From Patescibacteria group bacterium (GTDB taxonomy: Bacteria; Patescibacteriota; Gracilibacteria; UBA1369; UBA12470), in the NCBI GenBank assembly GCA_018816885.1, contig JAHIUS010000053.1, positions 10,517 through 74,516 of the forward strand: a stretch of 64,000 bases of DNA, given 5' to 3'. How positions within the stretch are numbered: the stretch's first letter is position 1; every line of letters begins with the position of its first letter. Made by a program: the position numbers and the translations under genes. Under the pieces are notes generated by a model. It was not told the origin of the DNA. It saw only the letters and a program-made list of their open reading frames with translations, and searched no databases. This document shows, piece by piece, positions 36,665 to 46,441 of the stretch.

Positions 36665-38140
36665 TCAATCTCTCTCTATATCTATAACTGTCGTATCTTC
36701 GTCATCATCACCAGAGTCGGAAATACTTAAAAGATCAGTGGTAATATCAACCCCGCTAGTGTCCATTTCCATACTTACAACATTGATAGCACCACTCATA
36801 TCGTCTCTATCTACCTCTGTAATACGACGCATAATAATCTTATCAGGATTTTTAGGATCATGAGTTATACAAACAACGCCATCCCGACCTGACTCTTTAG
36901 CCTGATACAAAGCATCATCAGCAACCTTAATCATCCCTTTCGCAACATCCTCCAAAGAATCACCCTCTTTATAAACATCAGGGAAAAAAGACACCCCAAT
37001 AGAAGCACTAACACATGAAGGTAAAAGAAACTCCTCTTCTCTTTCTGTCATAAACTTTTCGTATTTCGACTTCCCCCTACGAAACTCTTTCAGTTGAACA
37101 TTAATATCATATATTTTACTACCGTCAGCAATCTCATTAAGTCTTTTCAATTGGGACTCAAGTTTCCTAATTGAATCTTCAGCCACCGAAATAGCATCAT
37201 TAAACATTTCTTTCAACTGAGCATTGAAATCAACAGCAATTTCTCGTCTGATATCCTCGGCAATCTTAGTAGCTTCTTTAAATGTCACATCATCAAGGAC
37301 AACCATAAGCTCTTCACCACCATAACGAATACAGATATCACCGGGCCTTCTTCTCCCCATAATAGAAGCAGTACCTTTAAGGACTTCATCCCCAATTTGA
37401 TGACCTAAAGTATTGTTCGTATGTCCGAACTTGTCTAAATCAACCATCAAAACAGCCAGTCCTTCACCGGGTTTCTCCTTTCTCCTAATACCTTTTTTGA
37501 TTTCACCGGTAACATCTCTCCACCTGATTTCAGCATGGAAGTAACGTTCCAAAAGTTTCCTATACTCCTCTTCCCCGGCATCTCTATCCAAAAACCCATA
37601 CTTTCCTATCAAAGGTGCTCGAATAGCACGCTCCCCAAGCTCAAGATTCTCCTCTTTCAATCTAGCATTATTTCGATCTTTAAGATCCAAAAGCAATCTA
37701 TCCTTAAGCTTCCCTGTAATCATCTTTCTGGCAGCGATAGCAGGTCCGGTATCACCGGTCCTTAAATACGAACACCGAAACAATTCTTCTTCTGAAGCCT
37801 GACCAGCAGGAACTCCCGTTACAGCCTCCAAAACCTCTCTAACATCGTCAAGTGCACCTTGAACAGCTTCCTCAGGCTTAAAACCCGTAACCTCAGAAAG
37901 TTTGCCGAAAATCTCAAGCAGCTTCTCCTTAACCACAGATAAGTTATCTACATCCCCATCTTTCTCAAGCTCAATTCCAAGATATGTCAAATCCTCCCTG
38001 AGCTCCCGCAATCTTTTCAGAGCATCTTCATCCTCTTTTGCAGAAATAGACTTCAAACATTCATCGATCTCCTTAAGAACTTTCTCAAGCTCCTTCTCAA
38101 GAGGAAAACCTTCAGCCTCATTGTCCCTTCTAGCAATCAT
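36665..38140 (-). CDS. GGDEF-domain protein (putative diguanylate cyclase) with long coiled N-terminal region
   Basis: ..LAVLMVDLDKFGHTNNTLGHQIGDEVL.. and RYGGEELMVVLDD (GGEEL variant of GGDEF), ..ASIGVS.. Confidence 0.8.
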   Translation of the reverse strand: MIARRDNEAEGFPLEKELEKVLKEIDECLKSISAKEDEDALKRLRELREDLTYLGIELEKDGDVDNLSVVKEKLLEIFGKLSEVTGFKPEEAVQGALDDVREVLEAVTGVPAGQASEEELFRCSYLRTGDTGPAIAARKMITGKLKDRLLLDLKDRNNARLKEENLELGERAIRAPLIGKYGFLDRDAGEEEYRKLLERYFHAEIRWRDVTGEIKKGIRRKEKPGEGLAVLMVDLDKFGHTNNTLGHQIGDEVLKGTASIMGRRRPGDICIRYGGEELMVVLDDVTFKEATKIAEDIRREIAVDFNAQLKEMFNDAISVAEDSIRKLESQLKRLNEIADGSKIYDINVQLKEFRRGKSKYEKFMTEREEEFLLPSCVSASIGVSFFPDVYKEGDSLEDVAKGMIKVADDALYQAKESGRDGVVCITHDPKNPDKIIMRRITEVDRDDMSGAINVVSMEMDTSGVDITTDLLSISDSGDDDEDTTVIDIERD

Positions 38141-38165
38141 AATTTTTTATAAAAACTACAAGCAT

Positions 38166-38194
38166 ATTATACCATATTTCAGGCAACCTCTCAA
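38166..38194 (-). promoter_or_regulatory. sigma70-type promoter for the GGDEF gene
   Basis: Minus strand TTGAGA (38189-38194) - 17 nt - TATAAT (38166-38171) with upstream TGG. Confidence 0.55.
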
Positions 38195-38275
38195 CCTATG
38201 TATTTTTTTCTCCCAAAAAAATCTTTTTTATGTTAAATTTATCTAGCGAAATATTTACCTTACCTCACAAAACCA

Positions 38276-40900
38276 ATGGCCGATAACAAGCAAGATCAGG
38301 GAGACCCGCAAGAACCTAATGAAGAATCGGAAAACCCTTCTCTCTTTGATAATGAAGATATTGAAACACCTAAAGACGATAAAGAGCCTGGGGCAATAGT
38401 AGAAAACAAACACCTTAGAGAAATTTCCGACGAAATGGAAGAATGCTATCTCGATTACGCGATGAGTGTAATCGTTTCAAGAGCACTTCCCGATGTTCGT
38501 GACGGACTTAAACCCGTCCACAGACGCATCTTGTATTCTATGCATGAACTTGGACTCAGACCAACCGCCGCATTCCGCAAATCGGCAACTGTCGTAGGTG
38601 ATGTACTCGGTAAATACCATCCGCATGGAGACTCGGCGGTTTACGACTCGATGGTGCGTCTTGCTCAAGATTTCGCAATGAGATACAGGCTTGTCCGCGG
38701 ACAAGGTAACTTCGGTTCAATCGACGGAGACAGTGCAGCCGCCATGCGTTACACCGAGGCAAAAATGGAAAGACTTTCAGAAGAAATGCTTGCGGATATC
38801 GACAAAGAAACTGTTAAATGGGCTCCAAACTATGACGGCCGACTGAAAGAACCAACCGTACTTCCGGCCAAAGTCCCACAACTTCTTTTGAACGGAACAA
38901 TGGGTATCGCTGTTGGCATGGCAACCAACATACCACCTCATAACCTGGGAGAGCTTATCGACGGACTATTCCATCTTTCAGACAACCCCGAATGTTCAAT
39001 AGAAGAGTTAATGGAATTCATAAAAGGTCCCGACTTCCCGACATCCGGAATAATTTATAACCAGAACGCCATCAAGGAGATGTACTCAACCGGACGAGGT
39101 GGAATCATAATGAGAGCCAAAGCCGACATAGTAGAGAGAAAAAGCGGCAAATTTCAAATAATAGTATCGGAAATTCCATATCAAGTTAACAAATCATCTC
39201 TTGTAACCAAAATTGCGGATTTGGTAAGAGACAAGAAAATCAGAGGAATTACAGACATCAGAGATGAATCAAACAGAGAAGGAATTCGAGTGGTGGTGGA
39301 ACTCAAAAAAGACACTTACCCCAGAAAAATCCTCAATCAACTATTCAAGCTGACACAGATGCAGACAAGCTTCAACATGAACATGATCGCACTTGTTGAC
39401 GGACTACAGCCAAGACTTCTAAACCTAAAGCAAGTCCTGGAATATTTCATTGAGCACAGGAAGGAAGTAATAACAAACCGGACAAAATACGAATTGAAAA
39501 TCGCAAAAGCAAGAGCACACATCTTGGAAGGACTCGTAATAGCGCTCGACAATATCGATGCCGTAATCGAAACAATAAAAAAATCCCCAACCAAAGAAGA
39601 TGCTCACTCGGCTTTGATGAAAAAATTCCAGCTTTCCGAGCTTCAATCATCGGCAATCCTGGAAATGAGACTTCAAACCCTGGCGGGGCTGGAAAGACAG
39701 AAAATCGAAGACGAATACAAGGCAAAATTAACTTTAATGGAAGAATTGGAAGGAATCCTCTCTAGTAAACAGAAAATCATAAACATAATGAAAGAAGAAC
39801 TCGCGGAAATAAAAGAAAAATACGGAGATGCGCGAAAAACCAAAATCATCAAATCTGCACTCGGAGCAATTTCCAGCAAAGACACAATCCCGAACGAACC
39901 TATAATAATCACTCTGACCAAAGAAAACTATATAAAGCGTCTGCCTCACGCATCATTCAAAGCGCAAAAAAGAGGCGGCAAAGGCGTAATCGGCATGTCC
40001 ACCAAGGAAGAAGACGAAATAGCAATAGTCAAATCTGTCATGAACCATGACGATATCATGTTCTTCACAAGCAATGGACGAGTATTTAAACTTCCGGCTT
40101 ACGAAATCCCTCAATCATCACGCCAAGCCAAAGGAATTCCGGTAGTCAACTTGCTGCAACTCGGTGAAAACGAAAGAGTAACCGCCATACTGAAAGACGA
40201 CGGCAAGGAAACGGGTAAATATCTCTTCATGGCAACTCACAACGGAACCGTGAAAAAAACCGCGATCGAAGACTTCAAAAACATTCGCAAAACAGGACTT
40301 ATCGCAATAAAACTCCGTGAAGGCGACAGCCTCGAATGGGTACGCGAAACTAATCCCGGAAACCGCATAGTTCTTGTCACAAGAGAAGGCAAATGCATTC
40401 AATTCGACGAAGGAGACGCCAGATCAATGGGACGCGCATCAACGGGAGTACGAGGAATCAGGCTGAAAGACAAAGACTACTGTGTACAGATGGATGTCGT
40501 AACCAGTGAAAACGACGATCTTCTAACTGTCATGGGCAACGGCCTCGGCAAAAGAACCCCTCTTCTTTCTTACAGATTCCAGTCCAGAGGAGGATCGGGA
40601 GTAAAAACAGCCAACATCACCGAAAAAACGGGTAAAGTTATCGGCGCAGCCGTAATCAAAGAAGGAACCGAATCCGATTTAATGCTCGTCTCCAGAAAAG
40701 GACAAACAATCCGAATGGCCCTGACCAGCATCCCGAGAAGAGGAAGAGCGACACAAGGAGTCTACCTGATGAGATTTAAATCAAAAGGTTCGGTAGCTTC
40801 AATTTCGGTAATCGAAAAAGTGGAAACACCGGAAGAAATAGCCGAAAAAGAAGCTTTGAAAAAACAGGAATCTAAACAGACAAAACTCATTAAAGTCTAA
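38276..40900 (+). CDS. gyrA: DNA gyrase subunit A
   Basis: ..[19 protein letters not shown].., ..[10 protein letters not shown].., catalytic Tyr context [11 protein letters not shown]-terminal beta-pinwheel repeats. Confidence 0.97.
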   Translation: MADNKQDQGDPQEPNEESENPSLFDNEDIETPKDDKEPGAIVENKHLREISDEMEECYLDYAMSVIVSRALPDVRDGLKPVHRRILYSMHELGLRPTAAFRKSATVVGDVLGKYHPHGDSAVYDSMVRLAQDFAMRYRLVRGQGNFGSIDGDSAAAMRYTEAKMERLSEEMLADIDKETVKWAPNYDGRLKEPTVLPAKVPQLLLNGTMGIAVGMATNIPPHNLGELIDGLFHLSDNPECSIEELMEFIKGPDFPTSGIIYNQNAIKEMYSTGRGGIIMRAKADIVERKSGKFQIIVSEIPYQVNKSSLVTKIADLVRDKKIRGITDIRDESNREGIRVVVELKKDTYPRKILNQLFKLTQMQTSFNMNMIALVDGLQPRLLNLKQVLEYFIEHRKEVITNRTKYELKIAKARAHILEGLVIALDNIDAVIETIKKSPTKEDAHSALMKKFQLSELQSSAILEMRLQTLAGLERQKIEDEYKAKLTLMEELEGILSSKQKIINIMKEELAEIKEKYGDARKTKIIKSALGAISSKDTIPNEPIIITLTKENYIKRLPHASFKAQKRGGKGVIGMSTKEEDEIAIVKSVMNHDDIMFFTSNGRVFKLPAYEIPQSSRQAKGIPVVNLLQLGENERVTAILKDDGKETGKYLFMATHNGTVKKTAIEDFKNIRKTGLIAIKLREGDSLEWVRETNPGNRIVLVTREGKCIQFDEGDARSMGRASTGVRGIRLKDKDYCVQMDVVTSENDDLLTVMGNGLGKRTPLLSYRFQSRGGSGVKTANITEKTGKVIGAAVIKEGTESDLMLVSRKGQTIRMALTSIPRRGRATQGVYLMRFKSKGSVASISVIEKVETPEEIAEKEALKKQESKQTKLIKV

Positions 40901-40904
40901 AAGT

Positions 40905-42143
40905 ATGAAAATACTCAAAAGCGCATTTATCCTATCGATCATCATTCCGGCCACCTTGGCCCAAGCCGATCTATACACAGAAGACACAATGGTGAGTTTT
41001 TCATCAAGCTATTTTGTTGAAAATGTCCCCGTAACAATCTATGCGGAAACCGGAAACAACTCAACCAAAGACTTGCTCGGAACAGTGAAATTCTGGAACG
41101 ACACACTCGGAAAACAAATCGGGACAGATCAACCGATATCCGTAATAGCAGGTCAAACGGACACGGTTTTTATAGAATTTTATCCTACAGCGGGAACACA
41201 ACAAATATCTGTATCCATATATCCTTGGGACGACTCAATCGACGATACAAGCAACAACACAGTTTGGAAAACAATATATGCAGAACCTGACTCAGACGGC
41301 GACTGGATCCCAAATTCAACAGATAACGACGACGACAACGACGGCACCCCCGATGAAGAAGATGCCTTCCCTACAGACCCGGAAGAGTGGAAAGACACCG
41401 ATGGTGACGGAGAAGGAAACAATATAGACAACGATGACGACAACGACGGCACCCCTGATGAAGAAGACGAAATGCCTGAAGATTTCAATGAAACACAAGA
41501 TACTGACAAAGATGGAATAGGTAACAAAACAGATACGGACGATGACGGCGACACAATATCGGATGAACAAGAAATATCAGAAGGAACAGACCCTCTCAAA
41601 GAAGATACCGACGGAGACAAAGTTGCAGATAATCACGATGCCTTCCCAATAGACCCAACCGAGTGGAAAGATTTCGATAAAGACGGAATAGGAGACAATG
41701 CGGACCCCGATGATGATAACGATACAATTCTCGGCGAAGAAGATGTCGACGACAACAACAAAGGCCCAACCATCTATGTAACAGGAATCCCCAAACTGAT
41801 AAGAATAGCTCAAACTCTCTCAGTAGACGCATCCTCCTCATTTGACGAAGACGGAGAGATTTCTACTTATGAATGGGCAGAAAACGGCAAAATCCTAAGC
41901 GAATTGCCAAACCTTGAAATCTCATACGACGAAACCGGAAAAAAAATATTAATCCTAAGAGTCACGGACGACAAAGGAGAAAGCCGCATACAGGAAATAA
42001 CAATCAATGTATATTCCACTCAATTCATGATATTTCTGGGACTAATTCTGGTTATCTTACTTTCTCTTGCCTTCTATGCTATTTTCAGATATAGTCCACC
42101 CCGCAAAAAAAACAAGGAGAAGCAAAAATCTCTAATCTCTTAG
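40905..42143 (+). CDS. secreted, C-terminally membrane-anchored protein with thrombospondin type-3-like Ca-binding repeats and a PKD-like domain
   Basis: Signal peptide; repeated DxDxDGxxDxxD units (DSDGDWIPNSTDNDDDNDGTPDEED, DTDGDGEGNNIDNDDDNDGTPDEED, DTDKDGIGNKTDTDDDGD..); VDASSSFDEDGEISTYEW (PKD-like); C-terminal TM FLGLILVILLSLAFYAIF. Confidence 0.75.
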   Translation: MKILKSAFILSIIIPATLAQADLYTEDTMVSFSSSYFVENVPVTIYAETGNNSTKDLLGTVKFWNDTLGKQIGTDQPISVIAGQTDTVFIEFYPTAGTQQISVSIYPWDDSIDDTSNNTVWKTIYAEPDSDGDWIPNSTDNDDDNDGTPDEEDAFPTDPEEWKDTDGDGEGNNIDNDDDNDGTPDEEDEMPEDFNETQDTDKDGIGNKTDTDDDGDTISDEQEISEGTDPLKEDTDGDKVADNHDAFPIDPTEWKDFDKDGIGDNADPDDDNDTILGEEDVDDNNKGPTIYVTGIPKLIRIAQTLSVDASSSFDEDGEISTYEWAENGKILSELPNLEISYDETGKKILILRVTDDKGESRIQEITINVYSTQFMIFLGLILVILLSLAFYAIFRYSPPRKKNKEKQKSLIS

Positions 42144-42165
42144 TCTCTAATCTCTTAGTCTCTAA
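42129..42165 (+). repeat. tandem 15-nt duplication TCTCTAATCTCTTAG x2 + TCTCTAA spanning a stop codon and the L31 leader
   Basis: Read directly; stop TAG of 40905-42143 at 42141-42143; ATG of L31 at 42169. Confidence 0.75.
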
Positions 42166-42168
42166 AAA

Positions 42169-42540
42169 ATGAAAGACGATACCCACCCAAAATACAATGA
42201 CGAAGCCGTAATAACTTGTTCTTGCGGAAACAAAATAACAGCAGGCTCAACTAAAGATAAGATGGAAACAGAACTTTGTTCCAAATGCCATCCTTTCTAT
42301 ACCGGACAACAGAAACTTGTAGATACAGCCGGAAGAGTGGACAAATTCAAGCAGCAACAAGAAAAAGCCAAAAAGAAACAGGAAGAAACCGCCAACAAAG
42401 CTCCAAAGAAACGTAAACAAACAATAGAGGACAGATTTAACGAAGAACTTTCCAAACAGATTGAGAAACAGAAAGAAAAAAAAGTAGTTGAAATCAAAAA
42501 AGAAGAAGCAACTGATGAAGAAATGAAACAAGCCGCATAA
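42169..42540 (+). CDS. rpmE: 50S ribosomal protein L31 with ~55-aa Lys/Glu-rich C-terminal extension
   Basis: MKDDTHPKY.., [28 protein letters not shown] canonical L31 core, followed by a KKKQEE.. tail. Confidence 0.9.
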   Translation: MKDDTHPKYNDEAVITCSCGNKITAGSTKDKMETELCSKCHPFYTGQQKLVDTAGRVDKFKQQQEKAKKKQEETANKAPKKRKQTIEDRFNEELSKQIEKQKEKKVVEIKKEEATDEEMKQAA

Positions 42541-42590
42541 AAATGGGGCTTTATATTGCCTCAATCAAATCACCCAGATAGAATAAAGCC

Positions 42591-43454
42591 ATGTCAGGAA
42601 ACACTTTCGGGAAAATCTTTCGAGTAACAACCTGGGGGGAATCTCACGGCCCTGCAATCGGTGCAGTCATAGATGGATGCCCTGCAGGCCTTAAATTTGA
42701 TGAAAAATTTATCCAAAAAGAACTGGATCGAAGAAAACCCAACCCAAAAGACCCTCTCTCAACCAAACGCGCAGAACCGGACAAAGTATGTGTCTTATCA
42801 GGAGTATTCGAAGGAAAAACCATCGGTACACCAATCGCAATGGAAGTCTGGAATCAAGATGCAAAATCCGAAGACTACTCCCCTACCAGAATACGCCCGG
42901 GCCACGCTGATAAAACTTATGAAGACAAATACGGACACAGAGATTACAGAGGCGGAGGGCGAGCTTCAGGACGCGAAACAATCGGAAGAGTACTTGGGGG
43001 AGCTATCGCCAAAATGCTTTTGCCCAAAACCAAGATTTTAAGCAAAACAACCTGTAAAAAGCCAGAAAAAGGCGATTCAAGCGGAGGATTCGTTGAAATC
43101 GAAATCAAAAATCCACCTAAGAACCTTGGACAGCCGGTCTTCGACAAACTGGAAGCAGACCTAGCAAAAGGATTGCTCTCAATCGGAGCTGTCAAATCAT
43201 TCGAAATCGATCTTGGAATCAAAGAAGCCGGAATGTCCGGCAAAGAAAATAACAAGCTCAAAAAAGGAACACTCGGCGGAATTTCAACCGGCAATACAAT
43301 AAAAATCCGCATAGCAATCAAACCAACCCCATCAGTCGGAATAAAAGGCCGCCACGACATCTGCATCGTTCCAAGAGTAGCTCCCGTTGCGGAAGCAATG
43401 GTTGCAATCGTCCTCGCAGATCACTTCCTTAGAAACCGAGCATCTAAACTATAA
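42591..43454 (+). CDS. aroC: chorismate synthase (minimised, 287 aa)
   Basis: MSGNTFGKIFRVTTWGESHG.., ..RPGHADKTYEDKYGHRDYRGGGRASGRET.., ..GRHDICIVPRVAPVAEAM..; two internal segments are shorter than in E. coli AroC. Confidence 0.88.
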   Translation: MSGNTFGKIFRVTTWGESHGPAIGAVIDGCPAGLKFDEKFIQKELDRRKPNPKDPLSTKRAEPDKVCVLSGVFEGKTIGTPIAMEVWNQDAKSEDYSPTRIRPGHADKTYEDKYGHRDYRGGGRASGRETIGRVLGGAIAKMLLPKTKILSKTTCKKPEKGDSSGGFVEIEIKNPPKNLGQPVFDKLEADLAKGLLSIGAVKSFEIDLGIKEAGMSGKENNKLKKGTLGGISTGNTIKIRIAIKPTPSVGIKGRHDICIVPRVAPVAEAMVAIVLADHFLRNRASKL

Positions 43455-43460
43455 AAAACG

Positions 43461-43486
43461 GTTTCGCACAGCGAAACTCCATCCAC
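43461..43486 (+). repeat. 26-nt element GTTTCGCACAGCGAAACTCCATCCAC, copy 1 (hairpin + tail)
   Basis: Perfect direct repeat of 43535-43560; hairpin GTTTCGC-ACA-GCGAAAC. Confidence 0.8.
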
Positions 43487-43534
43487 CAGCCGCAACAGGA
43501 CAAAATCATGATTGCGGCCCTCACTATAAAAGAC

Positions 43535-43560
43535 GTTTCGCACAGCGAAACTCCATCCAC
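43535..43560 (+). repeat. 26-nt element GTTTCGCACAGCGAAACTCCATCCAC, copy 2
   Basis: Identical to 43461-43486; preceded by box CTCACTATAAA-AGAC. Confidence 0.8.
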
Positions 43561-43564
43561 TTGG

Positions 43565-43585
43565 TACTCCTTACTCCTCACTAAG
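43565..43585 (+). repeat. heptamer leader TACTCCT TACTCCT CACTAAG upstream of tgt
   Basis: Read directly; ATG at 43591. Confidence 0.65.
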
Positions 43586-43590
43586 CTAAC

Positions 43591-44691
43591 ATGTTCGAAT
43601 TTAAAATAAAAAATATACAAGGCCTAGCCCGCACCGGCACCTTGGAAACACCACACGGAGAGATTCAAACTCCCGTTTTTATGCCTGTTGGAACCAAAGC
43701 AAATGTAAAAACCGTCACCGGAAGCCAACTCGAGGATTTAGGCGCTCAAATAATGCTCGCAAACACATATCATTTATTCCTCAGACCTGGAGAAAAACTC
43801 ATAAAGAAGATGGGAGGTCTCCACAAATGGTCAAACTGGAACAAACCCATCCTTACAGATTCCGGAGGATTTCAAGTATTTTCTTTAAAAAAATTCAACA
43901 AAATAACAGATGAAGGAGTAGAGTTCCGGTCATACCTTGACGGAACCAAGCATTTCTTGACTCCGGAAAAAGCCATAAAAATCCAAGAGGACTTGGGCGC
44001 AGACATAATAATGGCTTTCGACGAATGCGCCCCCGGGAAATCGAGCAAAAGATATGCAAAAGACGCAATGAAACGGACCCACGAATGGGCGGTCAGATGC
44101 AAAAAAGCCCACACAAAAAAGGACCAAGCACTCTTCCCAATAATTCAAGGAGTAACTTATGACGATCTCCGAATCGAATCCGCCAAGTTTATATCAGACC
44201 TGGATCTGCCCGGAGTAGCAATCGGAGGATTAAGCGTCGGTGAGTCAAAAGAACAGATGTACCACACACTCGAAATAGTCGAGCCTCACCTCCCGAAAGA
44301 AAAACCAAGATACTTAATGGGAGTCGGCACACCTGAAGACCTGCTGGAAGCTGTATCAAGAGGAATCGACATGTTTGACTGCGTTTTGCCAACCAGATTG
44401 GGCCGACATGGAGCTTTTTGGAATCACACAGGCCGCCACACAATTACGAACAAAAAATTTGCACAAGACTCGCAGCCGCTAGACAAGAAATGCACATGTT
44501 ATACCTGCAAAAACCACTCGGCGAGCTATCTCCGTCACCTCATAATCGAAAAAGAACTTCTGGGAATGCACCTGATGACAATCCATAATCTTTCATTTAT
44601 ACTGCAGTTGATGAAAGATATCCGTGAATCAATCGATAAAGGAACTTTCAATCGATTCAAAACCCAATTCTTTAAGAACTATAAATGCTAG
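43591..44691 (+). CDS. tgt: queuine tRNA-ribosyltransferase
   Basis: ..TPVFMPVGT.., ..LTDSGGFQV.., ..MFDCVLPTRLGRHG.., zinc motif CTCYTC..H. Confidence 0.95.
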   Translation: MFEFKIKNIQGLARTGTLETPHGEIQTPVFMPVGTKANVKTVTGSQLEDLGAQIMLANTYHLFLRPGEKLIKKMGGLHKWSNWNKPILTDSGGFQVFSLKKFNKITDEGVEFRSYLDGTKHFLTPEKAIKIQEDLGADIIMAFDECAPGKSSKRYAKDAMKRTHEWAVRCKKAHTKKDQALFPIIQGVTYDDLRIESAKFISDLDLPGVAIGGLSVGESKEQMYHTLEIVEPHLPKEKPRYLMGVGTPEDLLEAVSRGIDMFDCVLPTRLGRHGAFWNHTGRHTITNKKFAQDSQPLDKKCTCYTCKNHSASYLRHLIIEKELLGMHLMTIHNLSFILQLMKDIRESIDKGTFNRFKTQFFKNYKC

Positions 44692-45254
44692 CCTACATCG
44701 AAGGAAACATCCAAGAAAAACAGGAGAAAACACTGATAATAGTAACTCACGGCATCGGATACTTGGTAAATGTCACAGAAACAATCTTCCTCGAAAACGA
44801 AAAAAGAGATGAAATCGCCCTTTACCTACACACACACGTCCGAGAAGATGACATCTCTCTATTCGGCTTCCCTACCCTATCTGACCTAAACTTCTTCAAA
44901 CAACTGATCTCAGTCTCGGGAATCGGCCCAAAAATCGGGCTGGAAATCCTTAACACCGACAGCAACCTCATCAAAAATGCAATTCTAAGCGGAGATCTGG
45001 CCATACTAACCCGCATACCGGGAATCGGTAAAAAAACCGCTGAAAGAATGATCCTCGAACTCAAAAACAAGGTGAGGCCGGACGAAATAACCTCAAGAGA
45101 AACACAAAGACTTTCAAAAGAAATCGACGAAGAAGCAATAGACGCACTCCAAAGCCTCGGCTACTCACGCGGCCATGTCTATAAAGTGCTTTCCAAAACG
45201 GAAAAACTTGAAACAACAGAAGAGTACATTAAATACTTCCTGCAAAACGTATGA
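44685..45254 (+). CDS. ruvA: Holliday junction branch migration complex subunit RuvA
   Basis: MLAYIEGNI.., HhH motifs ..ISVSGIGPKIGLEIL.. and ..IPGIGKKTAERMILEL.. Confidence 0.9.
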   Translation: MLAYIEGNIQEKQEKTLIIVTHGIGYLVNVTETIFLENEKRDEIALYLHTHVREDDISLFGFPTLSDLNFFKQLISVSGIGPKIGLEILNTDSNLIKNAILSGDLAILTRIPGIGKKTAERMILELKNKVRPDEITSRETQRLSKEIDEEAIDALQSLGYSRGHVYKVLSKTEKLETTEEYIKYFLQNV

Positions 45255-46441
45255 AAATCAAACTCCAAACCACCGTCAAATCCCCCCTCCCCTCCAACCT
45301 GCGAGACAGCTTCCTTGACGAAGTAGAAAAAGGGATGCATCCATTCATAGACACAGCCCTCGACCAAGATTTAATAAAAAAACTAAAAACCCTCGCCAAA
45401 GACTACAAAAAATTCAAAAAAATCATAGTCCTCGGAATCGGAGGCTCATCACTCGGAGGAATTGCACTCATAAGAGCACTTTATACTCCTCTCAAACACA
45501 TGGAAAAAGACGCAACCCACTTCTTTTTCTTAGACCAAATCGACCCGGACCTAATTTCACACCTGGAGAGCAACATCGACCTCAAGAACACACACTTCAT
45601 CGTAATCAGCAAATCCGGAGGAACAATCGAAACCGTTTCCCTCTACAAATATTTCCTTGGAAAGATCAAAAATCAAAAACTCAAGACCGAAGACCATTTC
45701 ACCTTCGTAACTAACCAAAAATCCGGCTTCCTGCTCGAAGAAGCTCAAAAACAAGGAATCAAAACACTCTCAGTCCCGGAAAACCTAAGCGGCAGATTCT
45801 CAGTCCTCTCAAATGTAGGTTTACTTCCGGCAGCAATAGCAAAGCTAGATATAGAAGCGATCCAAAAAGGCGCCAAAGAAGCTTTCGAAGACTTCAAAAA
45901 ATCTTCATCTTCACTTGCATTAACACTTGCCGCCAACCAATACGCACTCAACAAGCAAAACAAATCAATCAATGTAATTTTCCCATACTCATACAGACTT
46001 AACAGGTTCGCAGACTGGTATATACAACTTATGGCGGAATCCCTGGGCAAAAAGAGAGCAGTCGGCCCAACCCCGATAAGAGCAATCGGACCTACAGATC
46101 AACATTCACAGCTTCAGCTATTCATGGAAGGCCCGCGCAACAAGCAGATCTTATTCCTGGAAGTAGGAAAAACACACCACGAAGCCAAAATCCCGGGAGA
46201 AAAATACACCCTCGGAGACCTGATGCTGGCCGAAAAAAAAGGAACCGAGCAAGCGCTCGAAAAAGCCTCCGTCCCAAGCCAAACCCTGCACATCCCTTAC
46301 ATCGATGCAGAAGCAATAGGCGAACTCATAATGACGCTGGAACTCCAAATCGCCCTCCTGGCCAAAATGTACGGCGTAAATACCTACAATCAACCCGGCG
46401 TAGAAGCCGGTAAGAAGATTACAAAAGGGTTGCTTAAATGA
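45251..46441 (+). CDS. pgi: glucose-6-phosphate isomerase (short form)
   Basis: ..VLGIGGSSLG.., ..VISKSGGTIET.., ..RFSVLSNVGLLPAA.., ..GPTDQHSQLQLFMEGP.. Confidence 0.88.
   Translation: MKIKLQTTVKSPLPSNLRDSFLDEVEKGMHPFIDTALDQDLIKKLKTLAKDYKKFKKIIVLGIGGSSLGGIALIRALYTPLKHMEKDATHFFFLDQIDPDLISHLESNIDLKNTHFIVISKSGGTIETVSLYKYFLGKIKNQKLKTEDHFTFVTNQKSGFLLEEAQKQGIKTLSVPENLSGRFSVLSNVGLLPAAIAKLDIEAIQKGAKEAFEDFKKSSSSLALTLAANQYALNKQNKSINVIFPYSYRLNRFADWYIQLMAESLGKKRAVGPTPIRAIGPTDQHSQLQLFMEGPRNKQILFLEVGKTHHEAKIPGEKYTLGDLMLAEKKGTEQALEKASVPSQTLHIPYIDAEAIGELIMTLELQIALLAKMYGVNTYNQPGVEAGKKITKGLLK

Noticed and set aside
40905-42143. Repeated DNA within the TSP3/PKD protein gene as a non-coding tandem repeat.
   Set aside because: The repeats are in frame and encode successive DxDxDG calcium-binding units typical of thrombospondin type-3 repeats. 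They are ordinary intragenic domain repeats.
43455-43590. preQ1-type riboswitch upstream of tgt.
   Set aside because: The region consists of two copies of the dispersed hairpin family that also occurs upstream of unrelated genes (an MFS transporter, manC). No preQ1 aptamer-like pseudoknot sequence was recognised.
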